Shown in pieces: positions 52,554 to 61,975 of a stretch of DNA of 64,000 nt. Origin of the DNA: Hyphomicrobiales bacterium (lineage in GTDB: Bacteria > Pseudomonadota > Alphaproteobacteria > Rhizobiales > Rhizobiaceae); assembly GCA_021775495.1 (NCBI GenBank), contig JAJFHT010000071.1, forward strand, positions 4,244 to 68,243, read 5' to 3'. Under the pieces are notes generated by a model, which made no database searches, was not told the DNA's origin, and saw only the letters and a list, made by a program, of their open reading frames with translations. The translations under genes were made by a program, and so were the position numbers. How positions within the stretch are numbered: the stretch's first letter is position 1; each line of letters opens with the position of its first letter.

Positions 52554-53156
52554 CTACTGCTTGGCTTTCTCGTCGCCCGGCAGCACGTATTCGGTGCCTT
52601 CCCAAGGGGACAGAAAATCGAAATTGCGGAATTCCTGTTTCAGTTCGACAGGTTCATAAACCACGCGCTTTCGCTCATCGTCATATCGAACTTCAACATA
52701 TCCGGTGAGCGGAAAATCCTTGCGCAACGGATGACCTTCAAAACCGTAATCGGTCAACAGGCGGCGCAGATCGGGGTGCCCGGAAAACAGGATGCCGTAG
52801 AGATCATAGGCCTCACGCTCAAACCAGTCGGCCCCCGGATAGACCGCCGTTGCCGACGGAATCGCGACATCCTCGCCGACCTCGACCTTCACGCGAATGC
52901 GCTGGTTCTGTTGCGGCGACAGCAAATGATAAACCACGTCGAAGCGCTTTTCGCGCGATGGGTAATCCACTCCGCAAATATCGATGAAGCAGATAAAACA
53001 GCACTGAACGTCATCGCGCAGAAATCCGAGGACATCGAGAATATCCGAACCATCAGCCTTCAGCGTCAGTTCGCCATTTTCGACCTGACTTGCAACGAGT
53101 TTGTCGCCAAGTTTGTCGGCAATATGGGACGCCAGTTCGTGCAGGGCTTCGCTCAT
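52554..53156 (-). CDS. nuoC: NADH-quinone oxidoreductase subunit C
   Basis: Start re-set to the ATG at 53156 ([12 protein letters not shown]...), 200 aa. The upstream part of the track ORF overlaps nuoB. Confidence 0.9.
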   Translation of the reverse strand: MSEALHELASHIADKLGDKLVASQVENGELTLKADGSDILDVLGFLRDDVQCCFICFIDICGVDYPSREKRFDVVYHLLSPQQNQRIRVKVEVGEDVAIPSATAVYPGADWFEREAYDLYGILFSGHPDLRRLLTDYGFEGHPLRKDFPLTGYVEVRYDDERKRVVYEPVELKQEFRNFDFLSPWEGTEYVLPGDEKAKQ

Positions 53157-53172
53157 TCGTCTAAATCCCCGC

Positions 53173-53754
53173 CTAGCGTTCAATCGTACCGGTTCGGCGA
53201 ATTTTCTTCTGCAGCAGAAGAATGCCGTAAAGCAGCGCCTCGGCGGTCGGCGGACAGCCAGGGACATAGATGTCCACCGGCACCACGCGATCACATCCAC
53301 GCACGACGGAGTATGAATAGTGATAGTACCCGCCGCCATTGGCGCAGGATCCCATCGAGATGACATAGCGGGGTTCCGGCATCTGGTCATAGACCTTGCG
53401 CATTGCGGGTGCCATCTTGTTGGTCAACGTACCGGCAACGATCATGACATCCGACTGGCGTGGAGACGCACGCGGGGCAATACCGAAGCGTTCCGCATCG
53501 TAACGTGGCATTGACGTATGCATCATCTCGACCGCGCAACACGCCAGACCAAAAGTCATCCACATCAACGAACCAGTACGGGCCCAAGTGACCAGAGCCT
53601 CAGACGAGGTGACAAGGAATCCCTTATCGGCGAGTTCGCTGTTGATCTCACCGAAATAGGCATCATTGGCGCCCATCGGTTTGCCGGTCGCGGGATCAAT
53701 AATGCCCTTCGGCCGCGGCGCGATCAGGGTGCCCGAGCTGTCGTTCAGTCCCAT
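53173..53754 (-). CDS. nuoB: NADH-quinone oxidoreductase subunit B
   Basis: [21 protein letters not shown]... matches rhizobial NuoB N-termini. [10 protein letters not shown] and CPP motifs. The ATG at 53754 overlaps the nuoA 3' end by 10 nt; the alternative ATG is at 53775. Confidence 0.9.
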   Translation of the reverse strand: MGLNDSSGTLIAPRPKGIIDPATGKPMGANDAYFGEINSELADKGFLVTSSEALVTWARTGSLMWMTFGLACCAVEMMHTSMPRYDAERFGIAPRASPRQSDVMIVAGTLTNKMAPAMRKVYDQMPEPRYVISMGSCANGGGYYHYSYSVVRGCDRVVPVDIYVPGCPPTAEALLYGILLLQKKIRRTGTIER

Positions 53755-54110
53755 TCCAGCGCTCCCTTTTTCCATTCATAAATGAAGCCGATAGTCAGCA
53801 CAGCGAGAAATGCCATCATCGACCAGAAACCAAGCCAGCCGATCTCGGCAAACGACACCGCCCATGGAAACAGAAACGCAACTTCAAGATCAAAAATGAT
53901 GAAGAGAATGGCGACGAGATAGAAGCGGATGTCGAACTTCATCCTGGCATCGTCGAACGAATTGAACCCGCATTCGTAAGCCGACAGTTTTTCCGGATCG
54001 GGATTCTGGTAGGCAACGAGAAAAGGAGCCACTAGAAGTGCCAAACCGATTACCATCGCCACGCCGATGAAAATGACAATGGGCAGATATGAGCTCAACA
54101 ATTCACTCAC
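53745..54110 (-). CDS. nuoA: NADH-quinone oxidoreductase subunit A
   Basis: 121 aa, three helices, YECGF motif. GTG start with AGGAGG 8 nt upstream. Confidence 0.9.
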   Translation of the reverse strand: MSELLSSYLPIVIFIGVAMVIGLALLVAPFLVAYQNPDPEKLSAYECGFNSFDDARMKFDIRFYLVAILFIIFDLEVAFLFPWAVSFAEIGWLGFWSMMAFLAVLTIGFIYEWKKGALEWD

Positions 54111-54393
54111 TATTCTACCCTCCTGAATCTGTGTTTCCGCAACATCGATGCCGGCACTTTATCCGCTTTCCCGGAAGAAGAATACTGCGCCAAAGTGTTG
54201 CGGCACGTCGCATGCCGCACTGCAGCGAGGGTTAGCGCAGCGGGCCACGAGGCGCAAGCCCGGGCAAGGCTGAACTTTGTTCATTTTGACGAGAATATGG
54301 CGCGATCGGAACGGTTTGCACAAGGTTCCCTACGGCAACGGACACCGCATGCCGGAAACCGAACGAAAGCTTCTTCAGGATGTTTTGTAAGAG

Positions 54394-54470
54394 TGGCGCG
54401 AGAGACGGGGCTCGAACCCGCGACCTCCGGCGTGACAGGCCGGCACTCTAACCAACTGAGCTACTCCCGC
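54394..54470 (-). tRNA. tRNA-Asp (anticodon GTC)
   Basis: Minus-strand sequence GCGGGAGTAGCTCAGTTGGTTAGAGTGCCGGCCTGTCACGCCGGAGGTCGCGGGTTCGAGCCCCGTCTCTCGCGCCA. Folds as a cloverleaf with a 7-bp acceptor stem (one G-U), anticodon loop CTGTCAC and an encoded CCA. Confidence 0.9.
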
Positions 54471-54687
54471 GCGCCAATGTTGCAGCGCGAACAACAACAT
54501 TATGAGCGGTCAAGTAAGCGCTTCGCATCGGGCTGTCAAGCGGTTCCGCATCGCTTTTGTCCGTTCTTCGGTCCGTCCGGAAAAGGAAGCCCACCGACAC
54601 AAAAAACGCCAAATGCGATTGTCCTGCAATGTTGTTCGATTTTGCTTGCACCGCTGTGATGAAAGCCGTAAACCGGCGCCGTTGGTC

Positions 54688-54763
54688 GGGCGGTTAGCTC
54701 AGCTGGTAGAGCGCCTCGTTTACACCGAGGATGTCGGGAGTTCGAGTCTCTCACCGCCCACCA
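54688..54763 (+). tRNA. tRNA-Val (anticodon TAC)
   Basis: GGGCGGTTAGCTCAGCTGGTAGAGCGCCTCGTTTACACCGAGGATGTCGGGAGTTCGAGTCTCTCACCGCCCACCA. Cloverleaf with anticodon loop TTTACAC and an encoded CCA. Confidence 0.9.
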
Positions 54764-54928
54764 TTTTTCGTCTCACGACAATTCGCTACGCCCATGCCTC
54801 CGACGGGGCGCGCTTTCGCGCGACGCCCGGTCGGGCGTGCGAACACGAAACGGGTTCGAAGGCGTTCGCCATTTTTCATCTCACGGCAATTCGCGGCGCT
54901 CAGACCTCCGATGGCGCGCGCAATCGCG
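54761..54928 (+). repeat. imperfect direct repeat (two ~60-bp copies, 108-bp period) starting at the tRNA-Val CCA end
   Basis: Copy 1 (54761-54820) and copy 2 (54869-54928) are about 82% identical (CCATTTTTCrTCTCACGrCAATTCGC...CCTCCGAyGG.GCGCGC). Copy 2 is preceded by a tRNA-3'-like GGGTTCGAAGGCGTTCGCCA. Confidence 0.6.
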
Positions 54929-54953
54929 TCCGGTGCGCGGGTTTCCTTTCAGC

Positions 54954-54983
54954 GAAAAAAAGGCCGGACAGTGTCCGGCCTTT
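54954..54983 (-). terminator. intrinsic terminator downstream of hupB
   Basis: AGGCCGGAC-agt-GTCCGGCCT, a 9-bp stem, followed on the minus strand by seven T (plus-strand aaaaaaa at 54954-54960). Confidence 0.65.
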
Positions 54984-55005
54984 ACAGTCAATGATCGGTC
55001 GCCGA

Positions 55006-55278
55006 TCAGTTGACGGCGTCCTTCAAGCCCTTACCGGCTGAAAACTTCGGAACGTTACGTGCCGGGATATCAACCGGAGCACCGGTCGATGGGTTGCGGC
55101 CGGTTGTTGCGGCGCGATGCGAAACGGAGAAGTTGCCAAAACCGATCAGCCGGACATCTCCGCCTTTCTTGAGCTCCCCCGTAATGACATCAAACACAGA
55201 ATCCACCGCGGACTGTGCATCGGTCTTCGAAAGTCCCGCCTTATCGGCAACGTCTGCCACAAGCTCATTTTTATTCAT
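55006..55278 (-). CDS. hupB: nucleoid-associated DNA-binding protein HU
   Basis: 90-aa product from the ATG at 55278 (MNKNELVADVADKAGLSK...GFGNFSVSHRAATTGRNPSTG...). Canonical HU/IHF fold signature. Confidence 0.9.
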   Translation of the reverse strand: MNKNELVADVADKAGLSKTDAQSAVDSVFDVITGELKKGGDVRLIGFGNFSVSHRAATTGRNPSTGAPVDIPARNVPKFSAGKGLKDAVN

Positions 55279-55419
55279 GGAATAGAATCCTTTCCTCTCA
55301 TATTGCCGGGAAGAGCGACTCACCCAGCGAAGCAGGAGTTTAATGAGATTGGGCCGCGCGACCAAGCATGTTCAGGGCAAAAAAGCCCGGATTTTAAGGG
55401 ATTCAGGGAGATTTCCGGC

Positions 55420-55450
55420 AAAAAAGAAGCCGGACACACGCCCGGCTTCT
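55420..55450 (-). terminator. intrinsic terminator downstream of lon
   Basis: GAAGCCGG-acacacgc-CCGGCTTC, an 8-bp stem (55426-55449), followed on the minus strand by TTTTTTG. Confidence 0.6.
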
Positions 55451-55478
55451 TAATTTCTCGAGAATCCTGCATTTGCAA

Positions 55479-57911
55479 CTAGTGCGCGATGGCCGCTGAT
55501 TCTGCACCTTCACCAGCAGCGGCCGCTGCAGCCGGCTGATCAACAGGCTCCACCCATTCGATAGGCTCAGGGGTCCGCACAAGCGCATGCTCCAACACTT
55601 CACCGGCACGGCTGACAGGAATGATTTCAAGCTCGTTTTTCACATTGTCCGGAATATCGGCCAAATCCTTGGCATTGTCCTCCGGTATCAGAACCTTCTT
55701 CATCCCGCCACGCAGGGCAGCAAGCAATTTTTCCTTCAACCCGCCGATTGGCAAAATCCGTCCGCGCAGTGTGATTTCACCGGTCATGGCAATATCCTTG
55801 CGCACAGGAATTCCGGTCAATACCGAAACGATCGCTGCAACCATGGCGATCCCCGCGGACGGACCATCTTTTGGTGTTGCGCCTTCGGGAACATGGACGT
55901 GTATGTCCTGTTTATCGAAGGCCGGAGGTTCAATGCCAAAATCGACTGACCGGCTGCGAACGTAGGACGCCGCGGCTGAAATCGATTCCTTCATTACATC
56001 CCGCAGATTGCCGGTGACCGTCATCTTGCCCTTGCCGGGCATTTTGACGCCTTCCACGGTCAACAATTCTCCGCCGACCTCGGTCCAGGCCAAGCCGGTC
56101 ACGACACCGACCTGATCTTCGCCCTCGACCTGTCCAAAGCGAAACCGCGGCACACCAAGGAATTCATCGATATTCTTGTCAGTAACGTCGATCGATTTCT
56201 TGTCGGACTTGAGGATCTCGGTCACCGCTTTGCGCGCGAGCGTCATGATCTCGCGCTCGAAATTGCGCACACCGGCTTCTCTTGTATATGTGCGCACGAT
56301 TTCATGCAGTGCATCGTCGGAGACGGAGAATTCATCCGGCAGCAATGCGTGGTCACTGATGGCCTTGGGCAGAAGATGCCTTTTGGCGATTTCGACCTTT
56401 TCATCCTCGGTGTAACCGGCAATACGAATGATCTCCATCCGATCCATCAGAGCCGGCGGAATGTTCAACGTATTGGCAGTGGTAATGAACATGACCTTCG
56501 ACAGATCGTATTCAACCTCGAGATAGTGATCCGTGAATGTCGAATTCTGTTCCGGATCCAGCACTTCAAGCAGCGCCGAAGACGGGTCACCGCGAAAGTC
56601 CATACCCATCTTGTCGATCTCGTCGAGAAGGAACAATGGATTGGCCTTTTTGGCCTTTTTCATCGACTGGATGACTTTACCCGGCATCGAACCGATATAG
56701 GTGCGGCGATGGCCGCGGATTTCCGCTTCGTCGCGCACGCCGCCAAGCGCCATGCGGACAAATTCGCGACCGGTGGCCCTGGCGATCGACTTGCCAAGCG
56801 AAGTTTTGCCGACGCCGGGAGGACCGACGAGGCAGAGTATAGGTCCCTTCAGCTTGTTGGCACGGCTCTGAACAGCAAGGTATTCGACAATGCGGTCCTT
56901 GACCTTGTCGAGGCCGTAATGGTCGGTATCGAGCACCTCCTGGGCGAATCCCAGATCATGTTTGACCTTGGAGCGTTTTCCCCACGGAATCGACAGCAAC
57001 CAGTCAAGATAGTTGCGCACGACTGTGGCCTCGGCGGACATCGGTGACATCTGCTTCAGCTTTTTGAACTCGGCGTCGGCCTTTTCGCGTGCCTCTTTGG
57101 AGAACTTGGTCTTGCGAATGCGCTCTTCCAGCTCGGCCATCTCATCTCGGCCTTCATCGCCCTCACCCAGTTCCTTCTGGATCGCTTTCATCTGCTCGTT
57201 GAGATAGTACTCGCGCTGCGTCTTCTCCATCTGACGCTTGACGCGCGAGCGGATACGCTTTTCGACCTGAAGCACGGAAATCTCCGCCTCCATATAGCCC
57301 ATGGCTTTTTCAAGACGGCCGCGAATCGAGAGCGTCGCGAGCATTTCCTGTTTTTCAGGAATCTTGATCGCAAGATGGGAAGCGATCGTATCGGCCAGTT
57401 TGGAATAGTCGTCGATCTGGCTGGCCGCACCGACGACCTCGGGAGATATCTTTTTGTTCAGCTTGACGTAATTCTCGAAATCGGAAACCACCGAGCGAGA
57501 CAGCGCTTCGATCTCGATTTCGTCTTCGTCCGGCTCGACAAGAACTTCGGCCGAAGCCTCATGGAATTCGGTCCGGTCGGTGAATTCGGTAATACGCGCA
57601 CGCACCTTGCCCTCGACCAGAACTTTCACGGTTCCATCCGGCAGTTTCAGCAGCTGCAGAATGCTCGCAATTGTGCCGACGTCAAAAATCTCGGCAGCGG
57701 CCGGGTCATCATCGGCAGCATTTTTCTGCGTGGCGAGAAGGATCTGCTTTTCCGAACCCATCACGTCTTCCAACGCGCGGATAGACTTGTCCCGACCGAC
57801 AAAAAGCGGGACGATCATGTGCGGAAACACCACAATGTCGCGCAATGGCAGCACGGGATAAACCCCATCGCTATTCGCGGTTCCTTCAATCGTGGTTGTG
57901 ACTTCGGTCAT
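55479..57911 (-). CDS. lon: ATP-dependent protease Lon (LonA)
   Basis: Start set to the ATG at 57911 (MTEVTT...YPVLPLRDIVVFPHM). AAA+ Walker A GPPGVGKTS and the protease Ser motif PKDGPSAGIAM. Confidence 0.95.
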   Translation of the reverse strand: MTEVTTTIEGTANSDGVYPVLPLRDIVVFPHMIVPLFVGRDKSIRALEDVMGSEKQILLATQKNAADDDPAAAEIFDVGTIASILQLLKLPDGTVKVLVEGKVRARITEFTDRTEFHEASAEVLVEPDEDEIEIEALSRSVVSDFENYVKLNKKISPEVVGAASQIDDYSKLADTIASHLAIKIPEKQEMLATLSIRGRLEKAMGYMEAEISVLQVEKRIRSRVKRQMEKTQREYYLNEQMKAIQKELGEGDEGRDEMAELEERIRKTKFSKEAREKADAEFKKLKQMSPMSAEATVVRNYLDWLLSIPWGKRSKVKHDLGFAQEVLDTDHYGLDKVKDRIVEYLAVQSRANKLKGPILCLVGPPGVGKTSLGKSIARATGREFVRMALGGVRDEAEIRGHRRTYIGSMPGKVIQSMKKAKKANPLFLLDEIDKMGMDFRGDPSSALLEVLDPEQNSTFTDHYLEVEYDLSKVMFITTANTLNIPPALMDRMEIIRIAGYTEDEKVEIAKRHLLPKAISDHALLPDEFSVSDDALHEIVRTYTREAGVRNFEREIMTLARKAVTEILKSDKKSIDVTDKNIDEFLGVPRFRFGQVEGEDQVGVVTGLAWTEVGGELLTVEGVKMPGKGKMTVTGNLRDVMKESISAAASYVRSRSVDFGIEPPAFDKQDIHVHVPEGATPKDGPSAGIAMVAAIVSVLTGIPVRKDIAMTGEITLRGRILPIGGLKEKLLAALRGGMKKVLIPEDNAKDLADIPDNVKNELEIIPVSRAGEVLEHALVRTPEPIEWVEPVDQPAAAAAAGEGAESAAIAH

Positions 57912-58229
57912 GGTCTTCCTTTCAGATGGCCCTTGCGGGCCTGTATGCAACGCGATGTCGCCCCGGTTGGCAGGCAGCGACTGTAAGCGCCCATTGAGCC
58001 TTGTTCAGGCTTGGTCTGCCTTTAAGTGGCGACCTTTCCCAGAGGTTTCAAGGCGCTGCACCGCAACGAATCAGGCGCATAATCAGCCTCAATCACCGCC
58101 AACTCAATTCACAATCAAATTCTGAGTAGCCAAAGACGGCAGGGACTAGCCGTATTCCACGGAAATCCCTGATCGAAACCGGGCCAATGCCCAATTACCG
58201 GCTGTTTTGCCGCGCTCCTATGACATGAA

Positions 58230-59510
58230 TCAGGCAGAAACATTGCCCTTCTCGGCATCCCGCTCGGCATAGATATAGAGTGGCCGGGCATTGCCCTCCA
58301 CGACTTCGTCGGAAATGACGACCTCCTGAACACCGTCAAGCGCCGGCAGTTCAAACATCGTATCGAGCAGGATCGCTTCCATGATGGAGCGCAAGCCACG
58401 CGCGCCGGTCTTACGGGCAATGGCCTTGCGCGCAATCGAGCGAAGCGCATCCTCGTGGAATGTCAGTTCGACATTTTCCATTTCAAACAGCCGTTGATAC
58501 TGCTTGACCAGCGCATTCTTGGGCTCGCTGAGGATCATCACCAGCGCGTCCTCATCGAGGTCCTCAAGAGTTGCCAGTACGGGAAGACGTCCGACAAATT
58601 CCGGTATCAGGCCGAACTTCAGAAGGTCCTCTGGCTCCACATTGCGGAACAGCTCACCGGTTGGCCGGTCCTCGGGCGAATCGACGGAAGCAGAAAATCC
58701 GATCGATGTCTTGCGACCGCGATCGGAGATGATCTTGTCAAGGCCGGCAAAGGCACCGCCGGAAATGAACAGGATGTTGGCCGTGTCGACCTGCAGGAAT
58801 TCCTGCTGCGGATGTTTGCGGCCACCTTGCGGCGGAACCGAGGCAACAGTGCCTTCCATGATCTTCAACAGCGCCTGCTGAACACCCTCGCCGGATACGT
58901 CCCGGGTTATCGAAGGGTTGTCCGATTTGCGCGAAATCTTGTCGATTTCATCAATGTAAACGATACCGCGCTGGGCGCGTTCCACGTTATAATCTGCCGA
59001 TTGCAGCAGTTTCAGGATGATGTTTTCAACATCTTCACCGACATAACCGGCTTCGGTCAAGGTCGTGGCGTCAGCCATGGTAAAGGGAACATCGATAATG
59101 CGGGCAAGTGTCTGGGCCAGCAATGTCTTGCCGCAACCGGTCGGGCCAATCAGCAGGATGTTGGACTTTGCCAGCTCGACATCGTTGTTCTTGGTCGCGT
59201 GTGCCAGCCGCTTATAGTGGTTGTGCACGGCTACCGACAGAACCCGCTTCGCATGCGGCTGCCCGATCACGTAGTCATCAAGAACCTCCAGGATTTCCTG
59301 CGGTGTGGGCACACCATCCTGTGACTTGACCATCGAGGTTTTGTTTTCCTCGCGGATGATGTCCATGCACAATTCGACACATTCGTCGCAAATGAACACC
59401 GTCGGGCCGGCAATGAGCTTGCGCACTTCATGCTGGCTTTTGCCGCAGAACGAACAATAGAGAGTGTTCTTCGACTCACCGCCGCCGCCGCTGTTGCTAA
59501 TTTTGCTCAT
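58230..59510 (-). CDS. clpX: ATP-dependent Clp protease ATP-binding subunit ClpX
   Basis: 426 aa. N-terminal zinc-binding CSFCGK...C..C, Walker A GPTGCGKT and an IGF-type loop region. AAGGA RBS. Confidence 0.95.
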   Translation of the reverse strand: MSKISNSGGGGESKNTLYCSFCGKSQHEVRKLIAGPTVFICDECVELCMDIIREENKTSMVKSQDGVPTPQEILEVLDDYVIGQPHAKRVLSVAVHNHYKRLAHATKNNDVELAKSNILLIGPTGCGKTLLAQTLARIIDVPFTMADATTLTEAGYVGEDVENIILKLLQSADYNVERAQRGIVYIDEIDKISRKSDNPSITRDVSGEGVQQALLKIMEGTVASVPPQGGRKHPQQEFLQVDTANILFISGGAFAGLDKIISDRGRKTSIGFSASVDSPEDRPTGELFRNVEPEDLLKFGLIPEFVGRLPVLATLEDLDEDALVMILSEPKNALVKQYQRLFEMENVELTFHEDALRSIARKAIARKTGARGLRSIMEAILLDTMFELPALDGVQEVVISDEVVEGNARPLYIYAERDAEKGNVSA

Positions 59511-59808
59511 ACCAAGGTCCTTTCAAGCCTCGACGGTTTGAAATCCGCCGATACCCGGTCTCGAACAATCAGATCATCCGAACCGGGTGAATCGTTACAA
59601 ATCTAGAACAGCGTTCCTTCACGAACGATACACAATTGCGAAAACACGGCAATCACCTCGCCCCATCCTGTAAAAGTTACAGGCATGAAACTCAATATAG
59701 ACTTAACGCGGGAACCGGTCGCAGCCGACGATTTGCCCGAATGTGACACAAATGCCTCATATTTGGCGAAATTATGCCCGTCGTACCCGGACGTGCAGGC
59801 AGTCAGAC

Positions 59809-60447
59809 TCAGTTGCCGTCCTTTGCCGGTTCTTCCATTGCTTCCCGTGTCGTGATGACTTTGTCGATCAAACCAAATTCCATGGCCTCATCGGCATTCA
59901 GGAAATGATCGCGATCCAAGGTGTTCTCGATTGTGTCGTAGTCGTTGCCGGTGTGCGTGACATATATCTCGTTCAGACGGCGTTTCATCTTGATAATATC
60001 CTGGGCATGACGCTCAATGTCAGACGCCTGTCCCTGGAAGCCGCCCGATGGCTGATGCACCATGATCCGCGCATTCGGTGTCGCGAACCGCATATCCTTG
60101 GCACCGGCGCACAGCAGCAGCGATCCCATGGATGCTGCCTGTCCTATACACAGCGTCGAAACGGCAGGCTTGATAAACTGCATCGTGTCGTAGATGGCCA
60201 TTCCGGACGTCACCACTCCACCAGGCGAGTTGATGTAGAGAGCGATTTCCTTTTTTGGATTGTCAGCTTCCAGATACAGCAGCTGCGCACAGACCAATGT
60301 CGCCATGCTGTCTTCGACCGGACCGGTAATGAAAATCACCCGTTCCTTCAGAAGCCGGGAAAATATGTCATAGGCCCGCTCGCCGCGATTGGTCTGTTCG
60401 ACCACCATCGGCACAAGGTTCATTGCGGTCTCTAACGGATCGTTCAT
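59809..60447 (-). CDS. clpP: ATP-dependent Clp protease proteolytic subunit ClpP
   Basis: Start set to the ATG at 60447 with a [33 protein letters not shown] and the catalytic [11 protein letters not shown] / MVHQPSGG motifs. Confidence 0.95.
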   Translation of the reverse strand: MNDPLETAMNLVPMVVEQTNRGERAYDIFSRLLKERVIFITGPVEDSMATLVCAQLLYLEADNPKKEIALYINSPGGVVTSGMAIYDTMQFIKPAVSTLCIGQAASMGSLLLCAGAKDMRFATPNARIMVHQPSGGFQGQASDIERHAQDIIKMKRRLNEIYVTHTGNDYDTIENTLDRDHFLNADEAMEFGLIDKVITTREAMEEPAKDGN

Positions 60448-60515
60448 GGACGTTTCCTCTTCGGGATCTGACGTCTGCACGATGCCGGCAGAATCAGTTT
60501 CGTTGAATTCGCCTT

Positions 60516-60545
60516 AGATAAGGGCTCCACACCGGCCTGTGCAAG
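60516..60545 (-). promoter_or_regulatory. candidate RpoH (sigma-32)-type promoter for clpP
   Basis: Minus strand reads CTTGCA-N15-CCCTTATCT. The CTTATCT fits the alphaproteobacterial CYTATNT -10, but the spacing from CTTG is 19 nt against the usual 17-18. Confidence 0.3.
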
Positions 60546-60627
60546 AGTATGCGGAGCGCAAAAACCGACCTTTTGCGAAGGTGGTTAGCGCGTACCCGCC
60601 CGATACGCCAACATTAGAATCGCCGGC

Positions 60628-61734
60628 TCAGTCAATCGGTTCAGCACGCAATTGCTTCTGCAGGCGGTCAAAATCATTCGAGTCAATGTAGTCGGAGATC
60701 CAGCGACCGACTGCCGGCCCGAACTTGTAGCCATGACCGGAACAGGCCGAAACGATCAGACACTTGCCGGAAACACCCGAGAAAAACCGTTCGTCCCGCG
60801 TGAATGTGTAGGCGCAGGTTACGACATCGGTCACTTCATATTCTCCGACACGCGCGATTGGCGGGGAAAACAAATCGCGGATCATTTCGCCCTCTCCCGC
60901 TTCCGCGATCCTTCCCGCGTCCGGATCAGCAGTGGGAATCTTGTGCAAACCGCTGCCGAATTTCAGCCCCGCACCGCCGCTCGGCGGGATGATATATCCG
61001 TCAGTCTCGCCTCCGACATCGAGAACGACAGGTGCGGTATTCCAACTCTCTTGCAATTCCGCGGGAGGCCTCAGGTATACAACGGCGGTGCGGTAGGCAG
61101 TAAGATGTCGCCGCAATTCCGGAAACAAGTTCAACACCCAGGCCCCAGCCGTTACAATGATTCTATCGGCTTGAAGGTTTTCACCGTTCGACAGCGTAAC
61201 GCGCGCATCTGAGGTGTCGACCTGCGCGACCCTGCTTCCTTCTCTAACCTCAGCACCCTTATTGCGCAGCCAGTCTGCAAGATCGGCCGCAATGCGGCGG
61301 CAATGGAGTGCACCGCCTTCGCCTGACAAACAGGCGTATCGGAAACTGCCGGCCTGCAGGAACGGATAGCGTTCCACTGCATCTTCAGCCTGCAGTAATT
61401 CGTAGGCGTAGCCGCCGGCATCAAGACCCTGACGATAGAGTTCGGCTTCATCACCCGGCGCGCGGGAAACCAGCAAGAAACCGCGATGATCGTAGTGGGA
61501 GACGCCGAGATCGGACCACAGGTCCTCCCAGGCATGATATGCCTCCGTAATGAGGTCGCTGTAACCGCTGCCGGCGGGATAAGCCCGCCGAATGATTCGA
61601 TGGTGGTCACCGGACGCCGATAGTGGATTGGGAACCGGCCCCTGTTCCAGCAGTGTCACCTCATGTCCACGGCAAACCAGCGACCAAGCGGTCGAAAGGC
61701 CGGATATTCCACCACCAATGACGATAATTCGCAT
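60628..61734 (-). CDS. FAD-dependent oxidoreductase (DAO/sarcosine-oxidase-like family)
   Basis: 368 aa. N-terminal IIVIGGGISGLSTAW dinucleotide-binding fold and a C-terminal SGHGYKFGP motif typical of the DAO family. Confidence 0.8.
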   Translation of the reverse strand: MRIIVIGGGISGLSTAWSLVCRGHEVTLLEQGPVPNPLSASGDHHRIIRRAYPAGSGYSDLITEAYHAWEDLWSDLGVSHYDHRGFLLVSRAPGDEAELYRQGLDAGGYAYELLQAEDAVERYPFLQAGSFRYACLSGEGGALHCRRIAADLADWLRNKGAEVREGSRVAQVDTSDARVTLSNGENLQADRIIVTAGAWVLNLFPELRRHLTAYRTAVVYLRPPAELQESWNTAPVVLDVGGETDGYIIPPSGGAGLKFGSGLHKIPTADPDAGRIAEAGEGEMIRDLFSPPIARVGEYEVTDVVTCAYTFTRDERFFSGVSGKCLIVSACSGHGYKFGPAVGRWISDYIDSNDFDRLQKQLRAEPID

Positions 61735-61903
61735 AGAGTTTCCGCCGATAAATGCATGTCGGTATGTATGAGGTCGTTCCCGACATACAGAATTGGAACG
61801 CGGTGCGATTTAGCAGCCGCGCAGGCAAAATCACCCACATTCAAAAGGGCATTGCGACCAGTGCCTTTTCCATATTCTTCGTCGGCTGCTGACAATTCGA
61901 CAA

Positions 61904-61928
61904 GAAAAAGGATGGCACAACGCCACCC
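61904..61928 (-). terminator. candidate intrinsic terminator downstream of metY
   Basis: GGATGGC-acaac-GCCACCC (7 bp, one mismatch) followed on the minus strand by TTTTTCTTG. Confidence 0.4.
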
Positions 61929-61975
61929 TTTTGTCTCTTTTTCAAAGCCTTGCGGATGTTTTCATCCAAATTGAA

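Noticed and set aside
51414-53363. 649-aa plus-strand ORF running antisense through nuoD, nuoC and nuoB
   Set aside because: It lies entirely opposite three strongly recognisable nuo genes. Its product is R/G/H/Q-rich with no recognisable domain and no RBS. Long stop-free antisense frames are a known by-product of codon bias in moderately GC-rich genes.
54761-54928. Interpreting the tRNA-Val-adjacent direct repeats as attL/attR of a resident genomic island
   Set aside because: The copies are only 108 bp apart with no integrase or cargo between them. At most this is a scar or a decayed tandem duplication, and it is reported as such.
54195-55041. Plus-strand ORFs of 154 and 179 aa spanning the tRNA-Asp/tRNA-Val region and the downstream repeats
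   Set aside because: They read through two bona fide tRNA genes and the direct repeats; the repeated peptide IF(R/H)LT(T/A)IR...SDGAR is just the translated DNA repeat. No RBS.
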